Origin: Clostridia bacterium
Lineage (GTDB): Bacteria; Bacillota; Clostridia; Oscillospirales; CAG-272
Length of the DNA stretch: 64,000 bases
Direction of reading: 5' to 3'
Assembly (NCBI GenBank): GCA_017503865.1
Contig: JAFVSI010000019.1
Coordinates: forward strand, 850 to 64,849
In this document: positions 17,841 to 27,272 of the stretch, one piece after another
Layout of the letters: each line of letters begins with the position of its first letter
Position numbering within the stretch: the stretch's first letter is position 1
Made by a program: the position numbers and the translations under genes
The notes under the pieces: model-generated
What the model saw: the letters and a program-made list of their open reading frames with translations, nothing else
Told to the model about the DNA's origin: nothing
Databases searched by the model: none

Positions 17841-18434
17841 ATGGGTTTTATTCAAAATATTGATTTTTCTATACTTTTTTGGATACAGGATAATATCCGC
17901 TGTGCCTTTCTTGACGTGGTGATGCCATTTATCACAAGGCTGTGCGATGACGGAGAAATTTGGATCCTTTTCGGTATCGTTTTACTGTTTTTTAAGAAAT
18001 ATCGCAGATTTGGAGTTTTCGTGCTTGTGGCTATGCTTCTCGGTTCGATTATAGGAAACGAGATATTAAAGCCCATAATTGCCCGTCCGCGTCCCTGTCA
18101 CTTGCTTTCAATGCTACCCGAAATGCTTATTGATATTCCCAAGATAACAAGCTACTCCTTCCCATCTGGACACACGACTTCGTCAGTAATTGCAGCAACG
18201 GTGCTTATGAGAGCCAACAAAAAATTTGGCTTTGTGGCAGTTCCTCTTGCATTCCTTATCGCATTTTCAAGAATGTATCTATTCGTGCATTTCCCGACCG
18301 ATATTATAGGCGGCACGGTGCTTGGAGTACTTATCGGCTTCTTTAGTGTAACTTTCGGCAACAAGATTTGGGATTTTGTTGCAAGAAAAATTAAGGAAAG
18401 AAAAGAGCAAAAGACGGGGAACGATGAGAACTAA
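17841..18434 (+). CDS. PAP2-family phosphatase (undecaprenyl-diphosphatase-like)
   Basis: KPIIARPRP, SFPSGH, SRMYLFVHFPTD. Confidence 0.92.
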   Translation: MGFIQNIDFSILFWIQDNIRCAFLDVVMPFITRLCDDGEIWILFGIVLLFFKKYRRFGVFVLVAMLLGSIIGNEILKPIIARPRPCHLLSMLPEMLIDIPKITSYSFPSGHTTSSVIAATVLMRANKKFGFVAVPLAFLIAFSRMYLFVHFPTDIIGGTVLGVLIGFFSVTFGNKIWDFVARKIKERKEQKTGNDEN

Positions 18435-19122
18435 GAGCTTTTTATACGGACTAAAAATGTCCACCCCCGTGATACTTGGGTTTATTCCCGTAGCTATTGC
18501 CTTTGCTATTATGGCATCGTCCTCGGGGCTTACGGCTTTTGAGAGTGTGGCAATGTCGGTCTTCGTTTTTGCGGGGGCGAGCCAGATGATGTCTGTCGGT
18601 ATGATTGCCGAGGGGGCAGGGTATCTTGCAATCGTTGTTGCAACCTTTATTATGAATTTCAGGCACTTTATTATGAGCACCTGTGTTTTCGAGAGAATGC
18701 AGGGAGCGACACCTGCCCAAAAAATGCTCCTTTCATTCGGTGTTACCGATGAATCCTTTGCGATTTTTACCACGACCGAGCGTGAAAAATGCAACAAATG
18801 GTACTTTTTCGGTGTCTTTTTGGGCACGTATCTTTCGTGGATATTGGGCACGTTCATAGGCACCTTTGCGACTGCCATTTTTCCTGCGTCAGTCTCGGGA
18901 AGTCTCGGAATCTCGCTTTACGCTATGTTTATAGCTCTTCTTGTACCGAAGGTCAAGACGAATTGGCGGTTGCTTATAGTGGTCGTTCTCACGGCATTCA
19001 TAAATTTTGGACTTCAAAATTTATTTGAGCCGAGCTGGTCGCTTATCGTTTCAACGCTCGTGGGAGCGGGAATCGGTATGTTTATCGTGCGTGACGAAGA
19101 CGAGAGCGAGGTGGCAGAATGA
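18424..19122 (+). CDS. azlC: AzlC-family branched-chain amino acid exporter
   Basis: FAGASQ, NFRH, GVTDESFA, AMFIALL. Confidence 0.9.
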   Translation: MRTKSFLYGLKMSTPVILGFIPVAIAFAIMASSSGLTAFESVAMSVFVFAGASQMMSVGMIAEGAGYLAIVVATFIMNFRHFIMSTCVFERMQGATPAQKMLLSFGVTDESFAIFTTTEREKCNKWYFFGVFLGTYLSWILGTFIGTFATAIFPASVSGSLGISLYAMFIALLVPKVKTNWRLLIVVVLTAFINFGLQNLFEPSWSLIVSTLVGAGIGMFIVRDEDESEVAE

Positions 19123-19424
19123 ATATTTTGTTGCTTATTTTTCTTATGATGCTTGTCACTTATATTCCGAGAATGCTTCCGTCTCAAATTACGGACAAGC
19201 TCCGAATAGGAAAGAAATTCAGAAAATATCTTGAGCTTATCCCTTATACCGCAATGGCGGCACTCATTTTTCCGGGAGTGATTTCGGTTGATGCAAATTT
19301 GTGGTACATAGGCGTTGTCGGGGCACTCGTTGCAGTTCTTCTCGCGCTTGTGAAGAAGATACCCGTAGTGCTCGTAGTAGTTGCGGCAGTCCTTGCCGAT
19401 ATGGCACTTTATTACTTTATATAA
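19119..19424 (+). CDS. azlD: AzlD-family protein
   Basis: VTYIPRMLP, IPYTAMAALIFP; overlaps the azlC stop. Confidence 0.88.
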   Translation: MNILLLIFLMMLVTYIPRMLPSQITDKLRIGKKFRKYLELIPYTAMAALIFPGVISVDANLWYIGVVGALVAVLLALVKKIPVVLVVVAAVLADMALYYFI

Positions 19425-19454
19425 AAAACGGTGTGCATTTGCACACCGTTTTTT
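19423..19454. terminator. Bidirectional rho-independent terminator
   Basis: AAAAAACGGTGTGC-attt-GCACACCGTTTTTT. Confidence 0.8.
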
Positions 19455-19457
19455 GAT

Positions 19458-19719
19458 TGTATCCTGAAAACCACCAGCAGTGCTGGTGGTTCCAAAAAGC
19501 TTTAGCTTTGCCCAGTTTATTTATCCGAGCGAAGCGAGGAACCCGCTCCTTTGCAAATAATAAAATTTAAGCTGTCAAAACGGCTATAGATACTTACTAT
19601 TTCAATAGTGGTAGGGCGACTACCGCAAGTGGCGGATTTTTCGACGAGCCTATAGGCTCAGCGTGTGAAATGCCCCAAGGGGGCTATCGCAAGCCACCAG
19701 CACGGCTGGTGGTCATGAC
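19458..19719. mobile_element. Non-autonomous IS200/IS605-family miniature element (PATE/MITE-like), no transposase
   Basis: Matching subterminal hairpins AACCACCAGCA-g-TGCTGGTGGTT (19469-19491) and GCCACCAGC-acg-GCTGGTGGT (19693-19713), further small hairpins near the right end, and no ORF. The ends resemble clostridial IS200 ends as I recall them. Boundaries are approximate. Confidence 0.65.
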
Positions 19720-20342
19720 TATTTCTCGGGATCAAGATATTTCCAATATCCGAGTATGTAATTTATTCCCGACCATACCGTCATAACTACGGTGAATGCC
19801 ATAGTTAAGTAGGTGAGGGGAACGATTCCGCCCGCCCTATACTCGAGTGCGTGGTCGCTAAATGAATTGAATATCTTGAGTGTAACAAACTGAAGCACGG
19901 GCTCAAGGAAGACGGTACATATAAATACTATCTGCGAAACGGTCTTGAGCTTACCGAGATAGTTTGCGGCAATTACGATATTCTGCCCCGTAGAAACTAC
20001 AAGTCTCATAGAGGTCACCGCAAGCTCGCGGAAAACGATAACGAGAATGACGAATATCATAAGTGTACGGAGCTCCTCGAACTTATAAAGCACAACAAAG
20101 AGAGCACCGATAACCATAAATTTGTCGGCAATAGGGTCAAGGAACTTACCAAAATCGGTTATAAGATTATACTTTCTTGCAATCTTTCCGTCAAGCATAT
20201 CGGTTATTGAGGTCACGATAAAGAGAACAGCACAAATAAAGCAAGAGAGATAGAAATTCATCGGTATCATGCCGACAATAAGTATTACAGGAACAAGGCA
20301 AAGACGAAGGATCGTCAGCTTGTTAGGTAGATTCATTTTCAT
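19719..20342 (-). CDS. pgsA: CDP-diacylglycerol--glycerol-3-phosphate 3-phosphatidyltransferase
   Basis: NLPNKLTILR, TDMLDGKIARK...TDFGKFLDPIADK, GKLKT. Confidence 0.95.
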   Translation of the reverse strand: MKMNLPNKLTILRLCLVPVILIVGMIPMNFYLSCFICAVLFIVTSITDMLDGKIARKYNLITDFGKFLDPIADKFMVIGALFVVLYKFEELRTLMIFVILVIVFRELAVTSMRLVVSTGQNIVIAANYLGKLKTVSQIVFICTVFLEPVLQFVTLKIFNSFSDHALEYRAGGIVPLTYLTMAFTVVMTVWSGINYILGYWKYLDPEK

Positions 20343-20357
20343 AAGAGCACCTCGAAT

Positions 20358-21704
20358 TTATATTTTAGAAATTGCACGGCCGATAAGGTCATAGTCAAGC
20401 ACTTCGCGTATCTTTACCTTAACGAATGAGCCCGGAGCGATGCGTGTGGGAGCCTTGAAATAGACTTTTCCGTCAATTTCGGGGGCATCTGCCTCGCTTC
20501 TGCCAAAGTGAGTTTCGCTTACGGGGTCAAAATCCTCGCAAAGAACAGTGATTATCTTGCCGACCATCTTTTCGTTCTTTTCCTCGGCAACCGCCATCTG
20601 CTCACGCATAAGAATATCGGCTCTGTCCTGTTTTACCTGCTCGTCAATCTGGTCAGGGAAATCGTATGCGGGAGTGTCTTCCTCTCTTGAATAGGGGAAA
20701 GCACCCGCACGGTCGAATTTTGTCTTGCTGACAAACTCGCAAAGCTCTCTGAAGTCTTCCTCAGTCTCTCCGGGGAAGCCCACAATAAACGTTGTTCTTA
20801 TAACGATATTAGGTATCTCATCGCGGAGCTTTTTGATAACTCCCTTGATAAGTGCCGAGTCACCGTGACGGTTCATAGCTTTGAGCATATTGTCGCTGAT
20901 ATGCTGTATAGGCATATCAATATATTTTAGAATTCTCTTGTTGTCACGAATTTCTGCCACAAGCTCGTCGGTTATCTTGTCGGGGTAGCAGTAGAGAAGT
21001 CTTATCCAAGGGATACTCGTCTCATTTGTTATCGCTCGTAAAAGCTTTGCAAGGGAATACTCTCCGTAAATATCAACGCCGTATCTCGTTGTGTCCTGTG
21101 CTACAACGGTAAGCTCACGCACACCGAGTGCGTCAAGCTCCTTTGCCTCTTTAACGATGTCCTCAATAGTGCGGCTTCTAAATTTTCCTCTGATTGAGGG
21201 AATAGCACAGTAAGCACAGCGGTTGTCGCAGCCCTCGGCTATCTTTATGTATGCGGCATACTCGGGTGTAGTTAAAATTCTGTCACCGCCAAGCACAAGA
21301 GCTTCCTTATCCTCAAACGAGGAATACTTAGCCTTTGATGCCTTTTTCTTTTTAACGGTAACTGCTTCAAGTGCCTCAACTATATTGTGGATACTGCCGA
21401 CACCGAGAATGGCATCGACCTCGGGAAATTGCTCGAATATCTCCTCGCGGTATCTTTCGGCAAGGCAACCCGTTACGATAATAGCCTTAAGCGTATGATT
21501 TTTCTTCAGCCACGCAATATCGAGAATATTGTCGATAGCCTCTCGCTTTGCACTCTCGATAAAGCCGCAGGTGTTGATTATAACAACGTCAGCCTCAGTC
21601 TCCTCGGGGGTTATCTCATATCCTGCCGAAGCGACCTCGTGGAGCATGACCTCAGTATCTATTTGATTTTTCGGACAACCAAGTGAAACGAATCCGACCT
21701 TCAT
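20358..21704 (-). CDS. rimO: Ribosomal protein S12 methylthiotransferase
   Basis: SLGCPKN, NTCGFIESAK, KIAEGCDNRCAYCAIP, WIRLLYCYP, DAPEIDG TRAM domain. Confidence 0.96.
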   Translation of the reverse strand: MKVGFVSLGCPKNQIDTEVMLHEVASAGYEITPEETEADVVIINTCGFIESAKREAIDNILDIAWLKKNHTLKAIIVTGCLAERYREEIFEQFPEVDAILGVGSIHNIVEALEAVTVKKKKASKAKYSSFEDKEALVLGGDRILTTPEYAAYIKIAEGCDNRCAYCAIPSIRGKFRSRTIEDIVKEAKELDALGVRELTVVAQDTTRYGVDIYGEYSLAKLLRAITNETSIPWIRLLYCYPDKITDELVAEIRDNKRILKYIDMPIQHISDNMLKAMNRHGDSALIKGVIKKLRDEIPNIVIRTTFIVGFPGETEEDFRELCEFVSKTKFDRAGAFPYSREEDTPAYDFPDQIDEQVKQDRADILMREQMAVAEEKNEKMVGKIITVLCEDFDPVSETHFGRSEADAPEIDGKVYFKAPTRIAPGSFVKVKIREVLDYDLIGRAISKI

Positions 21705-21786
21705 TTATTTACCTCGTGAATTTTAATGGAAACGCAATATATTATATTACGTCTTTATGATAACATATTTGTATTTTTGTGTCAAG

Positions 21787-22449
21787 TTAAGAGAGAAATA
21801 TCTTCTCAAGCTCAGAGGCATTATCAGCGATTGCGTCGGGCTCAAGACTTTCGAGAAGGTCGCGGTCGCGGTAGCCCCAAGTTACAGCTACTGACTTCAT
21901 TTTTGCATTTTTTCCCGTCATAACGTCAGTTTCAGCGTCACCGATAAATGCACACTCCTCGGGCGTATAGCCGAACTTTTCTGCAATTGCGAGAGCTCCT
22001 GCGGGGTGGGGCTTTATGGGAAGCTCGGTCTGTCCCTGCATGTGAGCAAAGAAGTTTTCGGGGAAGATCTTGTTTAAAATTCCCTCAACGAACTCGTTGG
22101 GTTTATTAGAAAGAACGGCAAGCTTGTATCCTGCCTCTTTGAATTTTGTAAGAGCCTCGAGCACTCCGTTATAGGGCTTCTCAACGTCAAGGTGAACTGC
22201 ATAGTATGCGTCCGAGTAAAAGCTATATACCTTTTCGAAAAATTCCTCTCCGCCGTTTTTATCAAGATTGTCTGCCGTGCAAACGTCTCTTATGAGCTTT
22301 CTTGCACCGTGACCGACAATGGTACGCATCTCGTCGTAAGAGTACTGCTTGAAGCCGTACTCTTTCATTGTGGCATTGACAGCAGTTTGAATCGTTGTGA
22401 GTGTATCTACAAGAGTACCGTCAAGATCAAAAATAAGTAGTTTAATCAT
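21787..22449 (-). CDS. HAD-family phosphatase (phosphoglycolate phosphatase-like)
   Basis: FDLDGTLVDT, LSNK, KPHP, FIGDAETD, VTWGY. Confidence 0.9.
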   Translation of the reverse strand: MIKLLIFDLDGTLVDTLTTIQTAVNATMKEYGFKQYSYDEMRTIVGHGARKLIRDVCTADNLDKNGGEEFFEKVYSFYSDAYYAVHLDVEKPYNGVLEALTKFKEAGYKLAVLSNKPNEFVEGILNKIFPENFFAHMQGQTELPIKPHPAGALAIAEKFGYTPEECAFIGDAETDVMTGKNAKMKSVAVTWGYRDRDLLESLEPDAIADNASELEKIFLS

Positions 22450-22490
22450 TTTATGTGGGGTTCCTTTCAAAATTCATAATAATATATTTA

Positions 22491-24251
22491 TCAATCGTTT
22501 GCTACGACGAGGAGCGAGCTATACACGTTTCTCGGTGCACCGTCAGAAGGTGAGTTCTTTACGTTGTAGTTGTTTCCGTCCTTGATTACCATTGTTGACG
22601 AGCCGCCGCCGTCGTGGTTGACAGCCTCAACTGCTCCAAGTGAGATCATAAAACGTGCACATTGAGCAAGAGGTGCTCCGTTTGAAATCTCGGGTTGTCT
22701 TCCGTCGATTACGGCAAGAATAATAGTTCCGTCGCTTTTAATACCCGAAAGTGTTCTCGGGTGTGCTGTGGTTCCAAAGGAATCATTCATAGCCACATCA
22801 TACGGCAATCCATCGTAAACGAGTACCTGACGTCCCGAAACGCAGGTTCTTATATTGTCAATATCGGCATCTTTACCGTGAAATCCGATTATAGGCTTGC
22901 CGTCCTTTGTAAATGCAAAGTAAGGTCTGTTCTCATCTACTCGCTGTAAGAATTTTCCCTCTTTAATTGCGAGTCCGCAGGGACCGTAATCTGTGGCGAT
23001 TCTAAAGAAGTCTCCGTTTACACCTGCCACAACGTTAACATTGTTTTTGACGGCTGACTTCATATGACCTACAACGCTTTCGCGTGCCGTTGGATAAGCG
23101 GTGTATTCGTCAGCTGCAGTGCCCATATAAATTGAATATTTCGAGGGATCGATAAGTAATATGTATGCCTTGTAGGGAAGAGAGTTTTCGTCTGTGTATT
23201 TTCTCTCTATGTAAGTAAGACCGTCGCGAAGCTCTTCTACCGTCTCTTCTGCGAGATTCCACGTGGGAAGTCCCTTATAAAACTTATCGACATTATATGC
23301 CCTTATGTCGTATGTGGGCAAAGTTAAGTCAAGCGAAGAGCCGTTTTCACTTTTTGCAGACTTTGATTTAAACTCGTCTAAAACCGAGTAGAAATATTCT
23401 TGTCGAATATAATCAATGCCAATCGTTATGCCTGAGGAATCACTTCTGAATCGCATAACTGCACCGTCGGCAAAAGCCTCGTATTTTTCGAGTCCGTCTC
23501 TTGAATATGACTTGTAGCAGATAACACCCTTTTCATTTCCTTCAAGCTCGTCAAAGGTGACGATAGGAATTCGGTGTCCCGTATAGGAAGCAAAAGTATC
23601 GAGCAACTTTTCAGCCATACTGAGCTCTGACGTGTTTTTGATGGCAATTTTAAAGTCCTTGATATCTGTGCCGTCTAAGGTGAGATTTTCGTAAGGATAT
23701 TTATATTTATAAGTGTAGGACTCGCCAACGTTTGCCCCTGACTCTCCGTCAAGCACCTTTCCGTCCTCATAAAGCAGAACTTCAGAGCAGAATTTTTCCG
23801 CCGCCAAAAGAGTCGCATCGGTCGTTCCACCGCAGATAACAACTACGTTTTCCGAAACTATTTCGTAGGTATAGTCATAAATTCCAAGCTCTTCGAGTGC
23901 TTCCTTTGATGCCTGTCTTTGTGAAGGGCCGAGAAGGATAACGTATTCGTCACTCTCGTTTAGATCTCCCGCAACCTCGGTCGAATAGGTAGCTTCTATA
24001 CCGAGGGACTTGCGAAAGCCCTCCTTTATAAGCATCAGGGCATCGGTTATATTGCTTGACGTCTTGTAGAAGGAGCTGCAAACAATAGTGTATTCCTTAT
24101 CGAGTGCGAGCTTTCTTGAGGAATCGCCCTTTTCATATATTTCAGTCGCTACGTCTGTCTCCTTTACAGTCTCGCTCGAACAGCCGAAGATAGAAAAGAG
24201 CATGGTAATAGCTATCAAAAGGGAAAGTATGCGTAAAACAGTTGCTTTCAT
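22491..24251 (-). CDS. Lipoprotein with C-terminal phosphodiester glycosidase (NAGPA/DUF2233) domain
   Basis: Lipobox IFGC; VNGDFF, HPRT, IDGRQ, NHDGGGSS. Confidence 0.85.
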   Translation of the reverse strand: MKATVLRILSLLIAITMLFSIFGCSSETVKETDVATEIYEKGDSSRKLALDKEYTIVCSSFYKTSSNITDALMLIKEGFRKSLGIEATYSTEVAGDLNESDEYVILLGPSQRQASKEALEELGIYDYTYEIVSENVVVICGGTTDATLLAAEKFCSEVLLYEDGKVLDGESGANVGESYTYKYKYPYENLTLDGTDIKDFKIAIKNTSELSMAEKLLDTFASYTGHRIPIVTFDELEGNEKGVICYKSYSRDGLEKYEAFADGAVMRFRSDSSGITIGIDYIRQEYFYSVLDEFKSKSAKSENGSSLDLTLPTYDIRAYNVDKFYKGLPTWNLAEETVEELRDGLTYIERKYTDENSLPYKAYILLIDPSKYSIYMGTAADEYTAYPTARESVVGHMKSAVKNNVNVVAGVNGDFFRIATDYGPCGLAIKEGKFLQRVDENRPYFAFTKDGKPIIGFHGKDADIDNIRTCVSGRQVLVYDGLPYDVAMNDSFGTTAHPRTLSGIKSDGTIILAVIDGRQPEISNGAPLAQCARFMISLGAVEAVNHDGGGSSTMVIKDGNNYNVKNSPSDGAPRNVYSSLLVVAND

Positions 24252-24447
24252 AGTACACCCCCAAAAATTATCTATCATAAAATTATAACACTTTTTGCGA
24301 GCTTTTGCAACAGGTGTAAGTTAAATTGCACAAGAAAAATCAACAAATTTTTTATATTTCGTAAAAATAAATATTCCATTTATGAAAAAAGTGTGATATA
24401 ATAATAAGGTTGGATTTTTTAATGCTTATTTTTAAGGAGAAAAAACA

Positions 24448-26289
24448 GTGATAAGAGAGGATTTAAGAAACGTTGCTATTATTGCTCACGTTGACCACGG
24501 CAAGACAACCCTTGTTGACGAGATGCTAAAGCAGGGCGGTATCTACCGTGATAATCAGGAGACCGTTACAAGAGTAATGGACTCGGGAGACATTGAGAAG
24601 GAAAGAGGAATTACCATTCTCGCAAAGAACACGGCGGTACACTATAAGGACGTTAAGATAAATATTATAGACACCCCCGGTCACGCGGACTTTGGCGGTG
24701 AGGTTGAGCGTATTCTTAAGATGGTAAACGGAGTTATTCTCCTTGTAGACGCGGCTGAGGGCCCTATGCCTCAGACTCGTTTCGTGCTTCAAAGGGCACT
24801 TGAGCTTAACCATAGAGTAATTATCGTTATCAATAAGATAGACAAGCCCGACGCAAGAATCGGCGAGGTCGAGGACGAAATACTTGAGCTTCTTATCGAC
24901 CTCAATGCCTCGGACGAGCAGCTCGACAGTCCCATTCTTTACTGCTCGGGAAGAGCAGGTACTGCTACCGAGGACGCAAGTGTTGAGGGTGAAAACCTTG
25001 AACCCTTGTTCGATAAGATTCTCGATTATATTCCCGCACCCGAGGGTGACGAGGAAGGTGAGCTTCAGCTACTCGTTTCTTCTATCGACTATAACGATTA
25101 CGTTGGTAGAATCGGAATCGGTAGAATCGAGAGAGGCTCTATAAGAACTAATCAGGACGTATATATCTGCAACTATCACAATAAGGACGTAGCACCTAAA
25201 CGAACAAGAGTTGTGGCTATCTTCCAGATCGACGGACTTAACAGAGTGCAGGTTGACGGAGCAAAGATGGGTGACATCATTTGCTTCTCGGGTGCCGAGA
25301 GCATTACCATCGGTGACACCATCACAAGTCTTGAAAAGCCCGAGCCTCTTGAATTTGTCAAGGTAAGCGAGCCTACCGTTGAAATGACTATCTCGGTAAA
25401 CGACGGTCCCTTTGCGGGTAAGGAAGGAAAGTTCGTAACCTCCCGTCAGCTTCGTGACAGACTCTATAAGGAGCTTCTCCGTGACGTTTCCTTGCGTGTA
25501 AGCGACGGTGAGACTACCGATGAATTTAAAGTTGCGGGAAGAGGAGAGATGCACCTTTCTATACTCATCGAGACGATGCGACGCGAGGGCTATGAGATGC
25601 TTTGCTCGAATCCCCGAGTGCTTTTCAAGGAGATTGACGGAGAAAAGTGCGAGCCTATGGAGCACGTAACACTTGACGTACCTTCCGAGTATGTGGGTGC
25701 GGTCGTTGAAAAGCTCGGACAGAGAAAGGGCGACCTTCTCGAGATGAATCCTGTCGGTGACAGAATGAGAATTGAATACTATATCCCCGCAAGATGCCTC
25801 TTCGGCTATCGCTCAGAGTTTTTGACAGCAACTCACGGAGAGGGAATTATGAATTCTATTTTTGACGGCTATGCTCCCTATCGAGGTGAGATAATTATGA
25901 GATTTACAGGCTCTCTCGTAGCATACGAGAACGGCGAGACAACGAGATACGGACTTTTCAACACACAAGAGAGAGGAAGTATGTTCGTTGGACCTCAGAC
26001 TCCCGTTTACGAGGGAATGATAGTCGGCGAGTGCCCGAAGAACGAGGATATTACCGTCAACCCCTGCAAGAAAAAGCAGCTTACGGCTATCCGCTCTGCA
26101 GGTGCTGACGAAAAGCTCTTGCTCACTCCGCCCGTAATTTTCTCGCTCGAAGAAGCTATCGAGTTTATTACTGACGATGAGCTTATCGAGGTAACACCGA
26201 AGTCAATAAGACTCCGTAAGAAGATACTTAACAACGAGCTTCGTATGAAGGCTACAATGAAGGCAAGAAGAGAAATGGCAAATAAGTAA
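24448..26289 (+). CDS. typA: Translational GTPase TypA/BipA
   Basis: RNVAIIAHVDHGKTTLVD, ERGITILAK, GRGEMHLSIL, EVTPKSIRLRK. Confidence 0.97.
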   Translation: MIREDLRNVAIIAHVDHGKTTLVDEMLKQGGIYRDNQETVTRVMDSGDIEKERGITILAKNTAVHYKDVKINIIDTPGHADFGGEVERILKMVNGVILLVDAAEGPMPQTRFVLQRALELNHRVIIVINKIDKPDARIGEVEDEILELLIDLNASDEQLDSPILYCSGRAGTATEDASVEGENLEPLFDKILDYIPAPEGDEEGELQLLVSSIDYNDYVGRIGIGRIERGSIRTNQDVYICNYHNKDVAPKRTRVVAIFQIDGLNRVQVDGAKMGDIICFSGAESITIGDTITSLEKPEPLEFVKVSEPTVEMTISVNDGPFAGKEGKFVTSRQLRDRLYKELLRDVSLRVSDGETTDEFKVAGRGEMHLSILIETMRREGYEMLCSNPRVLFKEIDGEKCEPMEHVTLDVPSEYVGAVVEKLGQRKGDLLEMNPVGDRMRIEYYIPARCLFGYRSEFLTATHGEGIMNSIFDGYAPYRGEIIMRFTGSLVAYENGETTRYGLFNTQERGSMFVGPQTPVYEGMIVGECPKNEDITVNPCKKKQLTAIRSAGADEKLLLTPPVIFSLEEAIEFITDDELIEVTPKSIRLRKKILNNELRMKATMKARREMANK

Positions 26290-26294
26290 AACAA

Positions 26295-26321
26295 AAGGCG
26301 TTGCATATTGTGCAACGCCTT
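26295..26321. terminator. Terminator between typA and the SLOG gene
   Basis: AAGGCGTTGCA-tattg-TGCAACGCCTT. Confidence 0.7.
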
Positions 26322-26325
26322 AATT

Positions 26326-26832
26326 TTATAAATGTAATTCGTTTAATAATATATAATTAATGGGTTTGTTTTTGGAGCGTGCATATTTTATAGTGTCCCA
26401 TGTTCCACCCGATTGTTTTCCGTTCCATATAGCAAGGACAAGATCAGATTTATCGACCATATAACGATTTCTCTTTTGCATACATCCCTTAAAATAATAT
26501 GGAGATACAACTGTTGTTATATTGCATTTTTCAAGAACATAATCTCTCTGCTCTATATATTCGGTTGTTTTTTTTGTTTTTGTTACCGGGTATGGCAATG
26601 CAGCCTCAAGTTTTATATATTCATAAGAATCCTTATGATAAAGTATGCTTTGGGCAAAATCAAAATCAGCACCATCAGCCATTCCCGTAATAAAGTGATC
26701 ATATCCTTCATAGATAAATTTCTCTGTAATATTATAAAGATCATTTATATATATATCAAATTCTATATCACCACAAAATCCTCTTTTAAAGGGGAATCCA
26801 TCAGGACGGTGTCCTGTAACGCAACAAATCAT
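26326..26832 (-). CDS. SLOG-superfamily protein (YpsA/DUF1273-like)
   Basis: CCVTGHRP, FITGMADGAD, QKRNRYMVDKSD, SGGTWDTIKYA; markedly AT-rich DNA. Confidence 0.85.
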   Translation of the reverse strand: MICCVTGHRPDGFPFKRGFCGDIEFDIYINDLYNITEKFIYEGYDHFITGMADGADFDFAQSILYHKDSYEYIKLEAALPYPVTKTKKTTEYIEQRDYVLEKCNITTVVSPYYFKGCMQKRNRYMVDKSDLVLAIWNGKQSGGTWDTIKYARSKNKPINYILLNELHL

Positions 26833-26938
26833 AAAAGCACCTCTCATAAATAGACCAGTATAGCGGACAATATTTTATGTAATTATATCATAAAATAAAA
26901 TCGATTGCAACTAATATTGGTCAAAAAATGTTTATGAG

Positions 26939-27202
26939 GTGGATTTAATGGAACAAAAGTTGCGTAGAGATAGATGTATAGGTGATAATCTTCGAAGGCT
27001 GAGAGATGAATATGGAATATCTCAAGAAAAACTTTGCGTTGAATTGCAACGCAGAGGATGCGACATAGCAAGAAGCTGTTACGCTAAGTATGAAGCGGGT
27101 GAACTTAATGTGCGTATTAGTGTTTTGATTGAACTAAAAAAGATATATAATTGTACATTTGAAGATTTCTTTGACGGTCTTGATGTGAAAAGCGAATATT
27201 AA
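26939..27202 (+). CDS. XRE-family HTH transcriptional regulator
   Basis: IGDNLRRLR...ISQEKL...YAKYEAGE; AT-rich. The start may be ATG 26948. Confidence 0.85.
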   Translation: MDLMEQKLRRDRCIGDNLRRLRDEYGISQEKLCVELQRRGCDIARSCYAKYEAGELNVRISVLIELKKIYNCTFEDFFDGLDVKSEY

Positions 27203-27224
27203 TTTTGAAATTGTTTATAAAACA

Positions 27225-27259
27225 AAACCACCATAGATTTTTGAAATCTATGGTGGTTT
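27225..27259. terminator. Bidirectional terminator
   Basis: AAACCACCATAGATTT...AAATCTATGGTGGTTT. Confidence 0.8.
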
Positions 27260-27272
27260 AATTATTTAAGCC

